Assembly: GCA_028823175.1 (NCBI GenBank) | Contig: JAPKBZ010000001.1 | Coordinates: 96,350 to 160,349, forward strand | Direction of reading: 5' to 3' | DNA: 64,000 nt | Origin: Myxococcota bacterium | GTDB taxonomy: Bacteria > Myxococcota_A > UBA9160 > UBA4427 | Shown here: piece by piece, positions 26,598-36,632 of the stretch | Layout: each line of letters opens with the position of its first letter | Position numbering within the stretch: the stretch's first letter is position 1 | The notes under the pieces: generated by a model | The model's database searches: none | What the model saw: the letters and a program-made list of their open reading frames with translations, nothing else | What the model was told of the DNA's origin: nothing | Program-made: the position numbers and the translations under genes

Positions 26598-29557
26598 CCG
26601 ACGAGATTAGCGGACTCCCGCATGCTCTTTCGAGCAGGCTCCCGGCCCCGTAGGACCTGGGTTCCGAGCAGGAAGAGGATGCCACTGACCATCAGAAGAG
26701 AACTGCTCGGTTCGGGAACCTGGGTTGGGGCAAGGCACCATTGGTCGATGGCGCCTACGTCTGCGGCTACAGCGTCTTCGGCGAGCAAAATCCAGGTTCC
26801 GGCAAGATCCTCACCGGCGAAAACCGAGAGGGGATTATTCGGAGAGAGTGTTCCAATGATAGAGGGCGTGGTGGTTCGACATTCGTTTTCTATGGGAAGA
26901 GACGCCGAGTCGGAAAGAGTGGCGCTGATGTTGTTTCGGCTGCATCCGTAGGTGCTAGCCGGGACACCCGGGCGGTCTACCAGGAGCGCCGAAGTTCCTG
27001 TTTCTTGGTGGGTCAAGGTAAACTTGAGATCGCCTATGTAGGTGTGGCTGACATTTAGGGTCATATCGAGTCCGGTCAGCGCCCCACCTTGAGTGAGTGT
27101 CATACTATCCGAAACCGATCCATTATCCGGGATCGCCAGGGCGGGGTTATTGCAGAAGAGATCGGCTGAGCTGGTGGTAAAGCTTCGAACCGGTGTCGTC
27201 GATTCGCCGCACGGATTGCTCGTTCGGATGCGCCAATAATAGGTTGTGTCCGCTAGGAGAGCGGTCTCCGCGATGACCTGACTTCCGGCACCTGTGGCCG
27301 TGAAGTCGATGCTTGAGAATGAAGGGTCATCGTCGACCTCGACGGTGTAGTTTTCGGCCTGGTAGCTGGGAGGCCAGTTGAAGGGCGCCTTCCGGGGAAT
27401 ATTGACTGCGCCATCGACGGGAATCTGGGCATTGGGTACGTCGGGAACCTGAGTGAATACCTGAATATCCGCCTGCAGACTTTGGGGGTCGGCTCCGGTC
27501 GGCGTAGCCAAGATTTCGATCGGATGGTTTTTGAAAATGGTAGTCGGTTGAAGCGTGAAGTTGATGGTGCTCTGGGCGGAGGGGATAACGGGGGTCGCCG
27601 AAAATGTGCCCGTGATGTCTGGCGGAAGGTAGGGGAATGAAAGTTCGGTACTGCCGGTGAAGCCGCCAGAACTGATCACCTCGAGCGCGATGGGGGTGGC
27701 GCTTCCCGGTGCGCAAATGGCTTGAGACAGATTGGAGGCGGAAAGAACAATCCCGGGAGTTCCGCAGGAGTCGAACTTGAATTTTCCGATCTGGGTTCCC
27801 CAGGTACCGTTCGAGCGAGCATACTCGCTGGTATACCAGAAGGTACAATCGTCGACGGGGTCGACGTTAATCGCGCTGTAATCGCCCCAGCGTTCATTCG
27901 AGTGTGTACCCGCGCCGGCGATAATGGTGGTCTCGCCCTGGGTCAGGGTGCCCAGTGGGTCGGCCTGGAGCCTCCCGTTGTAGCTCAAGCCCGCTGCGAG
28001 AGAAGCGCTTCCGATGCTATACCCGATCGCAAGGTTGCCATCGCCATCGGTGGCCACACTCGACATCCAACGGCTGTGGCCGTCGGGTGCGTAAGTACCC
28101 TCCTGGACAAGGCTCCAGGCGCCGCCGCCGCTCCGGCTCAGCTCCCACCAACGAATCCCGGAGTGGTCGGTATTGTCGACATCCGTCGCGTGGCTTCCCA
28201 CGAGGGTCTCGGTGGCACCCTTGTTGCGGTATTGAACCCGGAACATTGAGACTTCACGGAGGGGGTCGAGGCCGATTCCCCCGTTGGGTTGGGGGATGCA
28301 AACGAAAGAGGAGAGCCCGCAAAGATTCGAGTCGAATTCGGCGATGGGAATCTGAAGAGGTCCGGTGAAGGTGGAGTTGGCCGCGTTCACGAAGTCGACT
28401 TGAAACTCGAAAATCTCAAGAAAGTCGCTCGACGGATCATTGGAGGATGGATTATGCGACTCATCGTCATTATGGCGGACGAAGAAGTTCGGCGTTCCCG
28501 GAGGCGGCAGGATCGAACCGTCGGCATCGGCGGGGTTGATGATCTGGAAACCGAAGCCCGCCAGAGAGGGGGCTGTAAAGCGTTGCATGCCGGCGGGCTG
28601 TCCAGCGAGCATGCTCGTTCGATCTAGGGCGTAGACCCCTGGACCCGCCGACTCATTGGTGCCCACATAGTAGGCGTCGTGCCAGATTCCATATTTGGGG
28701 TAGTCAGGGAATTGGGGCGCGGAAAACTCGTAGCCGTACCACCCTCCAGCGAGCGGATCGCCGGTGGCACTGATGTAGACGCAGAGCTTGTTTCCCGTAT
28801 CGGAGAACTCGGAAAGGAGCCAACGGCCGGCGAAACTGTCGTAGAGAACGATGGGGTCACCCGCACCGTTCGAGCAATCCGCCAGGCCTGTCGAGAGTGA
28901 ATCCATGCTGAGGGGACCAGCGACGAGGGCTCCAGTTTCCTTGTTATAAACCCTGAAGGTCGAGCCCGCGGAGGCGTTCGTGGATTGGATATAATAATTT
29001 GTCCCTATATCGCCCACGGTATCCGGCGGCGATACGCCGGTGAAGCCGCCGCCTCCAATATTGAGCTCGAGCATCGAGAATGCCTTGTTCGCCGCCGCCT
29101 GGGCCTGAATCTCGAGGAGAGGGTCGGCGTTCTTGCCGACGGGTTTCTTGGCCTTGCTCTGGGCGTCGACCAGCTTCGCGCTGAGATGGAAGCGCCGGGG
29201 GACAAAGCGGATTCCTTCTCCGGCCCTCCATGACTGGCGAAGGGGAATCGAGCGGAGGTCGATGTCGGAGAAGCGTGCGGGGACCGGGGGCATGGCCTCG
29301 GCGCCGCGGACGACGGGCGCCGGGTGGATTGACTGGGGTTGGGCGAAGGCGGGTTCGCCGCTGCCGACCAGGGCGATGAGCGCCAGCGTTAGGCTTGCGG
29401 CCACTCGCGATCGATCAGGGTTGGGGCGGCCGAGGGGGAGCCGTCGCCTCAGCCAATTCGCTACGCTTTTTATGGGGTACACGTTGTGCCTCGGGACAGT
29501 CGTCGGTTCGCTCGTCAGCCTAGCCTCGCTCTCATTCTGGCACGATCCTGGGAGCAA
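26594..29557 (-). CDS. large secreted PEP-CTERM-anchored protein with proprotein-convertase P-domain
   Basis: 987 aa. The signal is 'AASLTLALIALVGSGEPAFAQ'. The P-domain reads 'LTGLDMTLNVSHTYIGDLKFTLTH', and the C-terminal 'VPEPSSSLLMVSGILFLLGTQVLRGR' is a PEP-CTERM. The exact start is uncertain. The stop overlaps the TBDR start. Confidence 0.8.
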   Translation of the reverse strand: MLPGSCQNESEARLTSEPTTVPRHNVYPIKSVANWLRRRLPLGRPNPDRSRVAASLTLALIALVGSGEPAFAQPQSIHPAPVVRGAEAMPPVPARFSDIDLRSIPLRQSWRAGEGIRFVPRRFHLSAKLVDAQSKAKKPVGKNADPLLEIQAQAAANKAFSMLELNIGGGGFTGVSPPDTVGDIGTNYYIQSTNASAGSTFRVYNKETGALVAGPLSMDSLSTGLADCSNGAGDPIVLYDSFAGRWLLSEFSDTGNKLCVYISATGDPLAGGWYGYEFSAPQFPDYPKYGIWHDAYYVGTNESAGPGVYALDRTSMLAGQPAGMQRFTAPSLAGFGFQIINPADADGSILPPPGTPNFFVRHNDDESHNPSSNDPSSDFLEIFEFQVDFVNAANSTFTGPLQIPIAEFDSNLCGLSSFVCIPQPNGGIGLDPLREVSMFRVQYRNKGATETLVGSHATDVDNTDHSGIRWWELSRSGGGAWSLVQEGTYAPDGHSRWMSSVATDGDGNLAIGYSIGSASLAAGLSYNGRLQADPLGTLTQGETTIIAGAGTHSNERWGDYSAINVDPVDDCTFWYTSEYARSNGTWGTQIGKFKFDSCGTPGIVLSASNLSQAICAPGSATPIALEVISSGGFTGSTELSFPYLPPDITGTFSATPVIPSAQSTINFTLQPTTIFKNHPIEILATPTGADPQSLQADIQVFTQVPDVPNAQIPVDGAVNIPRKAPFNWPPSYQAENYTVEVDDDPSFSSIDFTATGAGSQVIAETALLADTTYYWRIRTSNPCGESTTPVRSFTTSSADLFCNNPALAIPDNGSVSDSMTLTQGGALTGLDMTLNVSHTYIGDLKFTLTHQETGTSALLVDRPGVPASTYGCSRNNISATLSDSASLPIENECRTTTPSIIGTLSPNNPLSVFAGEDLAGTWILLAEDAVAADVGAIDQWCLAPTQVPEPSSSLLMVSGILFLLGTQVLRGREPARKSMRESANLVG

Positions 29558-30478
29558 TCGAAAGTTTTTTTTAGAGGAAGTAAATTGTCCTTAAAAACAG
29601 CTACTTACGGACTCTCTGATGGGGCTCGCGGAGGCGGGTTCGCCGCCTCCCCGGGAGGCCCGCGGCCCGGCCCGGGGGCTCGCTGGACGAAGTTCTCCTG
29701 CCTGCTTCTCGTCCTCTGTCTTTTTCCCTGGCGTGAAGCCGATTGCGTTGAAACCGATGAAGCTCAGCCCGAGGTGTGGATCCATACGACCCGGCAGTCG
29801 GCCGAGCTGCCCGAGGCTTCGCTGCTGCGGGTGTCGAATCAGTTGGGAGACGTGCGGGGACGCAGCAGCGGCGACGGCACGCTCCTCGTCGCCGCGACGA
29901 TCCAGCGCTTCGCCCCGGATCAGGCAGACGCGGAGGTCCTGATTACCCACGAGGATGGTGCAGTCGTTGTGCGAACCCGTTATCCCAGCGCCGAGCAGCG
30001 TCGGCCCGACGGTCGCCTGAACGGGCGCATCGACTTGGCGGTGCTGGTTCCGGCCGGAGGCCGCATGGTCGTCGAGACCGATGACGGCTTGGTCGAGGTG
30101 AAGGGAGTCGATAGGGACCTGTCGGCCAAGACGGGCTCGGGTCGGCTTCGTGTGACGACCCGTCGAGGCCTCGAGGCTGAAACCCGGGAAGGTGAGTTGG
30201 TGGCGGTGATTCGAAATCCCGCAGCAGAAAGCCCCGCGCGCGTGGTCACCGAGAGCGGCCGTATCCATGTGGACGTATTGAACCGACCAGATTTGACGCT
30301 CTTCGTGAGAAGCAAAGGTTCTATTCGCAAGCGACTGGATGCTTATCCGGGGGCAGCGCTTGTTAGCGAAGGTGAAGTTTCGGAATTGAAGCTGGGAGAA
30401 GCACCGTGGTTTTTGCAAGCGTCCAGCGCGACAGGTTCCATCGATATCCGCGCGCTTCCTGCGAACGAACTGCGTTAA
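29486..30478 (+). CDS. hypothetical secreted beta-rich protein, DUF4097-like
   Basis: Repetitive 'G-x-I/L-x-V' strands ('GRIDLAVLVPAGGRMVVETDDGLVEVKGV', 'GSGRLRVTT', 'ESGRIHVDV', 'ATGSIDIRA') and a hydrophobic 'FSCLLLVLCLF'. The real start is probably downstream of 29486 (for example TTG 29585 after GAGGAAG). Confidence 0.5.
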   Translation: MPRDSRRFARQPSLALILARSWEQSKVFFRGSKLSLKTATYGLSDGARGGGFAASPGGPRPGPGARWTKFSCLLLVLCLFPWREADCVETDEAQPEVWIHTTRQSAELPEASLLRVSNQLGDVRGRSSGDGTLLVAATIQRFAPDQADAEVLITHEDGAVVVRTRYPSAEQRRPDGRLNGRIDLAVLVPAGGRMVVETDDGLVEVKGVDRDLSAKTGSGRLRVTTRRGLEAETREGELVAVIRNPAAESPARVVTESGRIHVDVLNRPDLTLFVRSKGSIRKRLDAYPGAALVSEGEVSELKLGEAPWFLQASSATGSIDIRALPANELR

Positions 30479-30589
30479 GTCTCCGCTGGTTGAGGGTCTA
30501 ATTTTCTGCCCAGTCGCTTCATTCGGCGCGGTCTGATTTGATGATATGAGCCGGGTTTTTCGAAACCTGAGAGAAAGATGGATTAAGAA

Positions 30590-32812
30590 GTGGTAGGCGT
30601 AACGAATCAACTCAGGGTTCTGAGCCTGGTCCTATTTCCCCTGGGACTCTTGGCCTCACCTCTCGGCGCGGACGAGGCCCGACCGAGCGTGACCATCGCT
30701 TGGATCGAAACGGCGCCCGAGATCGACGGAAGACTCGACGACCCGGTTTGGGAGAAAGCGGCTCTCATCGATAAATTCCGCCAAGTGACGCCCGTTCCCG
30801 GCGCTGAACCCTCCCAGAAGACCGACGTTCGCATCATGACGGATGGCGAGTTCATTTATTTCGGTGTGCGCTGTCACGACACTGATCCCGAGGCCATTGT
30901 GGCCAATCTAATGCTGCGTGATGCCATGGCGTGGTATGACGATCGCATCGTGATCGCGATCGATACGTTCAACGATCATCGCAACGGCTACGCCTTCGAG
31001 GTCAACCCTCGGGGTTCTCGTCACGACGTGCTCGTAGAGGGCGACGCCTATAACGGGGATTGGCAAACTCTGTGGTTCGCCGAGGCGACCATCGACTCCG
31101 GGGGCTGGAGCGCTGAGGTCGCCATCCCGTACCACTCGCTGAATTTTAACCCGGGTTCCGATATCTGGGGGTTCAACTTTTCCCGGGGTATCCGGCGCAA
31201 CGACGAACGGATTCGTTGGACCGATACGGACCCCACGCGTTTCGCGAGTGATTTCGGCGTTGCAGGAAGCATCGTGGGAATGCGGGGGATTGATCAGGGG
31301 CTTGGGCTCTCCATAGCTCCCTCGACAACTTTCGCGAGGGTCGATGAGCGCGTGACCGGAGTTCCTCCCGAGAACAAAGTCGAGCCCAGCTTGGACGTCT
31401 TCTACAACGTCTACCCTTCCGTAGTCGCGTCGGTCACCACCAATACCGGATTTGCAGAGACTGAGGTCGATGATCGTCAGGTCAGCCTTTCGAGGTTCGC
31501 TCTCTTTTTTCCCGAAAAGCGAGCCTTCTTCCTTCAGGATGCGCTGATCTTCGATTACGCAAATTTTGGCGACAAATATGGTCGAAAAAATGGGAACCCG
31601 TTTGACTCGCGCCGGATAGGGCTGTCGCCTTCGGGAGAAATCGTAGACGTGCTCGCTGGGGGCAAGGTGACCGGGCGGGTGGGCAACCTGAAATTTGGAT
31701 TTATGGACGTCGTTCTCGACGAGCATGAAAATGTCGGGAGGCAGAATATCGCTGTGGGCCGTGTGGCTTTGAATGTCCTTGAGGAGTCGAGCGTCGGCGC
31801 GATTTTTACGAGCGGAAGCCCCGAAGGGGGGCCGGATAATGCCGTGGCGGGCCTGGACTTCAACTATCGGAACAGCGATGTCAACGGAGGCCAGACCCTC
31901 AATGGCCAGGCCTGGTTTACCCAGAGTTTTACAGGCGGAGTAGAGGGGGACGAATCGTCTTTCGGTGCCCTGATCGAGTATCCGAATGATCGAACGAACT
32001 GGAAAATCGGCGCGGTTGAAATTGAAGAAAATTTCAACCCTGAGATTGGCTTCGTGAACCGTACGGGAATTCGTCGCTACGACGGCTCCTATCGAAATCG
32101 CTTGCGTTGGGGAGGGTATGTTCGGACCCTCGATACCAAGGTCTCGGGTTACGTTGTAACCGATATGGACAATGAGATTCGATCAGCACAATTTAATTTC
32201 TTGCCGATCAGGATTTCAAGCGATATCGGTGACTCTATTGCGGTGGCATACCGGCATGATTACGAGCAGCTCGACCGATGCTTCATTGTGGATCCGGGTT
32301 CGGATGGAATCTACTCGGGAGATTGTGCTACGGACCCCACCGGAGACGACATTGTCATCCAGCCGGGTAGTTACCCGGTCGACCGCGGCTATGTGCGGAT
32401 CCAGACCAGTCGAAATCGCAAGCTCCAAGGTGCGCTCCAGGTGACCTCGGGCGGATTTTTCGGGGGAACGTCCACGAGTTTTTCTCCAGAAATTACGTGG
32501 CGTCCAAATTTCCATTGGCTCTTCGAGGTAGATTATGTGCTCAACGACGTCAGCCTTCCCCAAGGCGATTTTAGGACTCATCTGGTTCGCGCACGAGTCA
32601 ACTACCAATTCACGCCCAACCTCGCGTGGATCACGGTTGCCCAATGGGACAACGTGACGGACACGGCCGGGATCAACAGCCGTATACACTGGATCATCGA
32701 GGATGGCCGGGACCTCTTCATTGTCTTCAATCAGGGGCTCGATACCCGGGATGGTGTTACCGCAACCCGCAGCGAACCTCTCATTAAATTCGAGTGGACT
32801 TTTCGTTTCTAG
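30590..32812 (+). CDS. CBM9-like / DUF5916 domain outer-membrane-type protein
   Basis: 740 aa. It has a signal peptide, then 'IDGRLDDPVWEKAALIDKFRQV...IYFGVRCHD' (family-9 CBM-like), then a long beta-rich region ending '...FEWTFRF'. Confidence 0.7.
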   Translation: MVGVTNQLRVLSLVLFPLGLLASPLGADEARPSVTIAWIETAPEIDGRLDDPVWEKAALIDKFRQVTPVPGAEPSQKTDVRIMTDGEFIYFGVRCHDTDPEAIVANLMLRDAMAWYDDRIVIAIDTFNDHRNGYAFEVNPRGSRHDVLVEGDAYNGDWQTLWFAEATIDSGGWSAEVAIPYHSLNFNPGSDIWGFNFSRGIRRNDERIRWTDTDPTRFASDFGVAGSIVGMRGIDQGLGLSIAPSTTFARVDERVTGVPPENKVEPSLDVFYNVYPSVVASVTTNTGFAETEVDDRQVSLSRFALFFPEKRAFFLQDALIFDYANFGDKYGRKNGNPFDSRRIGLSPSGEIVDVLAGGKVTGRVGNLKFGFMDVVLDEHENVGRQNIAVGRVALNVLEESSVGAIFTSGSPEGGPDNAVAGLDFNYRNSDVNGGQTLNGQAWFTQSFTGGVEGDESSFGALIEYPNDRTNWKIGAVEIEENFNPEIGFVNRTGIRRYDGSYRNRLRWGGYVRTLDTKVSGYVVTDMDNEIRSAQFNFLPIRISSDIGDSIAVAYRHDYEQLDRCFIVDPGSDGIYSGDCATDPTGDDIVIQPGSYPVDRGYVRIQTSRNRKLQGALQVTSGGFFGGTSTSFSPEITWRPNFHWLFEVDYVLNDVSLPQGDFRTHLVRARVNYQFTPNLAWITVAQWDNVTDTAGINSRIHWIIEDGRDLFIVFNQGLDTRDGVTATRSEPLIKFEWTFRF

Positions 32813-32864
32813 TGAGCCCGCTCGTGAGCACCCCACTTAGTGGCGGCGGAGGAGGAAAGAGAGC

Positions 32865-33476
32865 ATGAGGGAAAAAGTTTCCACCCGTGGATTGAACCGT
32901 ACGAAGTCCGCCCGTAGGTGGGTCCGCATCTTCTTCGGAATCTGCCTGGGTGTCACGGTGGTGCTTGCTCTGCTGAGCGAGATGCCTGCAAGCCGCCCAG
33001 AGGTTTGGAGCCAAGCGCGCTCCGAGTTCGTCGTGCGCCTGCCCCAATCGGCTGTCTGGCAGAAGCTTCAGGACCTGCGCTTAGCCCACCATTACGTGCC
33101 GGGGGTCGAGGGGGTCGAGATTTTGACGCCCGAGGCGAAGGGGGTTGGGGCAAGCCGCCGAATTCTCCAAGAGGATGGAAGTACCCTCGATGAGACGGTG
33201 GTCGAGTGGGAGGAAGGCCGAGGTTTTGTCATTCGCCTCCACTCGGGCTCTGAGGGCCCGCCGCTTCCTTTCGAGAGCGCAAAATTTCGCTATTGGATCG
33301 AAGGTGAGGAGGCTGACGGAACTCGCCTTTCCCTGACGATTTCCTATCGACCCGCAGGCGGCCGGTTGGGAGAGTGGGTGGATTCCGCTGTTCTGAACGC
33401 CGAGATGCGTTCGAGTATGGATGGCCTGGGGGCGAGCATGAAGGACTACTACGAGTCCGGGGGCGATGTGCGCTAG
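32865..33476 (+). CDS. SRPBCC (polyketide cyclase/dehydrase-like) family protein with N-terminal TM anchor
   Basis: 203 aa with TM 'IFFGICLGVTVVLALL', then 'WQKLQDLRLAHHYVPGVEGVEIL...GVGASRR' typical of the SRPBCC/Bet v1 fold. Confidence 0.6.
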   Translation: MREKVSTRGLNRTKSARRWVRIFFGICLGVTVVLALLSEMPASRPEVWSQARSEFVVRLPQSAVWQKLQDLRLAHHYVPGVEGVEILTPEAKGVGASRRILQEDGSTLDETVVEWEEGRGFVIRLHSGSEGPPLPFESAKFRYWIEGEEADGTRLSLTISYRPAGGRLGEWVDSAVLNAEMRSSMDGLGASMKDYYESGGDVR

Positions 33477-33527
33477 CTTCGAAAACCCGAAACTTTCGAT
33501 GCGATGCGATAGCGAGGAGAGCCTAGT

Positions 33528-34361
33528 ATGAGCGAGAGCCGAACGATCGAAACCGGCAGCGAGGACATTCTGGGCCGGATCGAAAACCGCATCGCTGTTT
33601 TGACGATGAACCGACCCAAGCGCCGCAACGCACTCTCCGGCGAGATGCTGGTTGGGTTGGAGAGAGCGCTGATCGAAGCGGAGAGTTCTCCGGATGTGGG
33701 GTGTGTCGTCTTGACCGGGACGGGTGGTGCCTTTTGTGCCGGCGGTGATGTCAAGGGTATGGCCGAATCCAGCGGTACGGGCAGTGGTACGGGTCGCGGC
33801 ATTGACGACGCGATTCATCGCCAGCGCCTCGCCCAACGTGGAACGGCGGGTCGTATTTACGAAATGCCCAAACCGGTCATCGCCATGCTGCCCGGTGCAG
33901 CGGCGGGCGCGGGTTTGGGGCTCGCACTCGCATGCGATCTTCGTTTCGCCTCGGAGAACGCGATCATGACCACCGCCTTCGCCAATATTGGATTTAGCGG
34001 GGATTGGGGGGGCACCTTCTTTATGACGGGGTTGATCGGCGCCGCCAAGACCCGCGAACTTTATTATCTCTCCGAGAAGATCTCTGCGGTAGAGGCGGAG
34101 AGGCTTGGGCTTGTGAATCGCGTTTTCGCCGAGGATCAACTCGAGAAGGAGACCATGGCTATCGCCCAACGAATAGCCACGGGGCCTACTGTCGCTTACC
34201 GCTACATGAAAGAGAATATCAATCGCGCAGTGTCCGGGGACATGGGCGAGTGCATGGACCTCGAGGCGACGCACCACGTCCACACCTCTCTGACGAGAGA
34301 TCACAAAGCCGCAGTTCAGGCCTTCATCGAAAAGAAGAAGCCGAGCTTCGAAGGCCGATAA
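33528..34361 (+). CDS. enoyl-CoA hydratase/isomerase family protein
   Basis: 277 aa with 'VVLTGTGGAFCAGGDVKG' and 'PGAAAGAGLGLALACDLRF'. Confidence 0.9.
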   Translation: MSESRTIETGSEDILGRIENRIAVLTMNRPKRRNALSGEMLVGLERALIEAESSPDVGCVVLTGTGGAFCAGGDVKGMAESSGTGSGTGRGIDDAIHRQRLAQRGTAGRIYEMPKPVIAMLPGAAAGAGLGLALACDLRFASENAIMTTAFANIGFSGDWGGTFFMTGLIGAAKTRELYYLSEKISAVEAERLGLVNRVFAEDQLEKETMAIAQRIATGPTVAYRYMKENINRAVSGDMGECMDLEATHHVHTSLTRDHKAAVQAFIEKKKPSFEGR

Positions 34362-34409
34362 AACTGGAAATCCGATTAGGATTCCCGAATCGGATCAACG
34401 GAGAAAACG

Positions 34410-35279
34410 ATGAGTGGCGGATCTCAAATTAAGCGTCTTTCAGCTGCTCTGGGGGCGGAGGTGCGCGGGGTCAAGCTCGCGGATGCGAGCGAAGCGCTGA
34501 TCTCTGAGATCCCGGATCTGCTTTGTGAGCATAAAGTTCTCTTCTTTCCCGATCAGCACTTCGACCAGCAAGAGCACGTCGCGTTCGGCGAAAACTTTGG
34601 CGAACTCGAAGGGCACCCTCATCTCACGAACAGTGACGAAGAGCAGAGGCTTTTTGTTCTCAAAGCGAGCCGCGGCGGTGTGGCGGACGAGTGGCATAGC
34701 GACCTGAGCTTTTTGCCCAAGCCGGCTCTGTATTCAATTCTTCAGATTATGTCGTGCCCCGAGGTGGGCGGAGATACGCTCTGGACGAACACGGCTCTCG
34801 CTTTCGAGAAGTTGTCGCCTCCTTTGCGCGATTTATGTGAAGGTTTGTCGGCCCTCCACAACGCCGAGCCTCACGGAAGACCCGAAGTGATGTTTATTCA
34901 TCCTGTTGTTCGAGTTCATCCAGAGACGGGTCGCAAATGTCTTTTCGTCAACGAGCACTTTACTCGTAGAATCGTCGAATTAAGCGTCGGGGAAAGCAGG
35001 ACCTTTCTTGATTATTTGACCAATTGGGTGAAGAGCCCCCGGTTTACGGTTCGCTACCGATGGCAGCCGGGCACGGTTGCCATCTGGGATAACCGCTCGA
35101 CTCAACACAACGTCTTGAACGATTTCGAAGGCGAGCGTGTGATCCAAAGGGTGACGGTTATGGGAGATGAGCTCGAAGGAGAGGCGCCGCGCTGGCCCCC
35201 CTACACAAGGCAGGGCGGCCCCAGCGACACCAGCCGTCATGATCGAATGCTCAGGAATTATCTCAAGAGCCGACCCTGA
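34410..35279 (+). CDS. TauD/TfdA family Fe(II)/2-oxoglutarate dioxygenase
   Basis: 289 aa with 'LGAEVRGVKL', 'EWHSDLSF' (HxD), 'GGDTLWTN' and 'VAIWDNRSTQH'. Confidence 0.9.
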   Translation: MSGGSQIKRLSAALGAEVRGVKLADASEALISEIPDLLCEHKVLFFPDQHFDQQEHVAFGENFGELEGHPHLTNSDEEQRLFVLKASRGGVADEWHSDLSFLPKPALYSILQIMSCPEVGGDTLWTNTALAFEKLSPPLRDLCEGLSALHNAEPHGRPEVMFIHPVVRVHPETGRKCLFVNEHFTRRIVELSVGESRTFLDYLTNWVKSPRFTVRYRWQPGTVAIWDNRSTQHNVLNDFEGERVIQRVTVMGDELEGEAPRWPPYTRQGGPSDTSRHDRMLRNYLKSRP

Positions 35280-35326
35280 GGCCCCATTAGCAGAAAATTT
35301 AAAGTTGTCGGTCTACGGAGAAGCTA

Positions 35327-36076
35327 ATGCTCGAAGGAAAAGTTGCGCTTATCACCGGAGCAGGGCAGGGGGTCGGTCAGGGAATAGCCCTTGCCCTCGC
35401 GGCCAGAGGAGCCAGGGTCTCGGTCGCGGGCAGAACCCTTGCGAAGTGCGAGAACACTGTAGAAATGATCACCGGTCGCGGAGGTCGAGCGATCGCCGTT
35501 GAATGCAATGTTAAGAGCCTTGCTTCCCTGGAATCCGCCGTGAGAAAGACGATCGACGATTTCGAAACCATCGACATCTTGGTGAATAATGCCCAAGAAG
35601 TTCCTCTCGGCCCGATCCGAGAACTGAGCGACGAAGCATTCGAGGCGGGCTGGGAGTCGGGCCCTCTGGCGACCCTCCGGTTGATGAAGCTTTGCAGGCC
35701 CTATCTGGTGGGTGGTGGATCCATCGTCAACCTCGCGAGTACCGCCTCGAAACGCTGGGATGCCACGGGCTATAGTGGCTACGCGGCCGTGAAGGAGGCG
35801 ATTAGGGCCCTTACTCGAGGTGCTGCAAGCGAGTGGGCTGGAGATGGTATCCGGACCAATGTGATTCTCCCCCACGCCAAGTCACCGGGTCTGAAGTACT
35901 GGATCGAGAACAACCCGGAGGAGTCCGCCGCATTCATCGCTTCAATACCCATGCGGAGAGTGGGTGAATGCGAAGAGGATATCGGTCGCTTCGTCGCGAC
36001 TCTTTGTTCCGACGATTGCGCTTATATCAACGGTCAGAGTATCGCGGTGGATGGCGGCCAGGCCTATATGGGCTAG
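35327..36076 (+). CDS. SDR family oxidoreductase
   Basis: 249 aa with 'ALITGAGQGVGQGIA', 'NNAQ' and 'YAAVKEA' (YxxxK). Confidence 0.9.
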   Translation: MLEGKVALITGAGQGVGQGIALALAARGARVSVAGRTLAKCENTVEMITGRGGRAIAVECNVKSLASLESAVRKTIDDFETIDILVNNAQEVPLGPIRELSDEAFEAGWESGPLATLRLMKLCRPYLVGGGSIVNLASTASKRWDATGYSGYAAVKEAIRALTRGAASEWAGDGIRTNVILPHAKSPGLKYWIENNPEESAAFIASIPMRRVGECEEDIGRFVATLCSDDCAYINGQSIAVDGGQAYMG

Positions 36077-36083
36077 GCGTGTG

Positions 36084-36632
36084 TTATGCGCTCCAGTCGA
36101 TGACGTGCAGCATCAAGTACACGAGAACGCCGGTCACGGAAACGTACATCCAGCCTCCCCACGTCCAGCGCGAGAGCCTCTTGTGGCTTTCAAATTTTCC
36201 GCTCAGCCCTAGGTAGACCGAAGTCAAAATCATCGGGAGCACTACGATGGAGAGGACGACGTGGCTGATGAGCAGTCCGAAGTAGACAATGCGAATCGAA
36301 CCCTGGCCTTGAAAGAGCGTATCGCCCTGGGTGTAGTGGTAGTAGATGTAGTTGATGAGGAAGAGCGTCGAAAATATCAGGGCGCAAAACATCAGCTGTT
36401 TATGGAGAGCTCTCTTGCCCCGCTTGATCGCGGCCAGACCGGCTCCGAGGAGCAGGGCACTGATCGAGTTGAAGAAGGCATTGAAAGCGGGGAGCCTGGG
36501 ATCGGATTCTCCTGGCGAGCCTTCGTGGAAATAAATTAGCCAGACGAGAAAAAGCACAGCCACCGAGCAGATCGAAGCGTTGATGATGGCGAAGCGCCTG
36601 GGCGAGAGCGAGATCGACTCGATCGATTTCAT
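36084..36632 (-). CDS. DUF420 family membrane protein
   Basis: 182 aa, 4-5 TM, with 'FNAFFNSISALLL', 'HKQLMFCA', 'YFGLLISHVVLS' and 'HKRLSRWTWGGWMYVSVTGVLVY'. Confidence 0.75.
   Translation of the reverse strand: MKSIESISLSPRRFAIINASICSVAVLFLVWLIYFHEGSPGESDPRLPAFNAFFNSISALLLGAGLAAIKRGKRALHKQLMFCALIFSTLFLINYIYYHYTQGDTLFQGQGSIRIVYFGLLISHVVLSIVVLPMILTSVYLGLSGKFESHKRLSRWTWGGWMYVSVTGVLVYLMLHVIDWSA

Noticed and set aside
33081-34304. A 407-aa minus-strand ORF across the SRPBCC and enoyl-CoA hydratase genes.
   Set aside because: It spans two well-supported plus-strand genes and their intergenic gap, and its composition is not protein-like.
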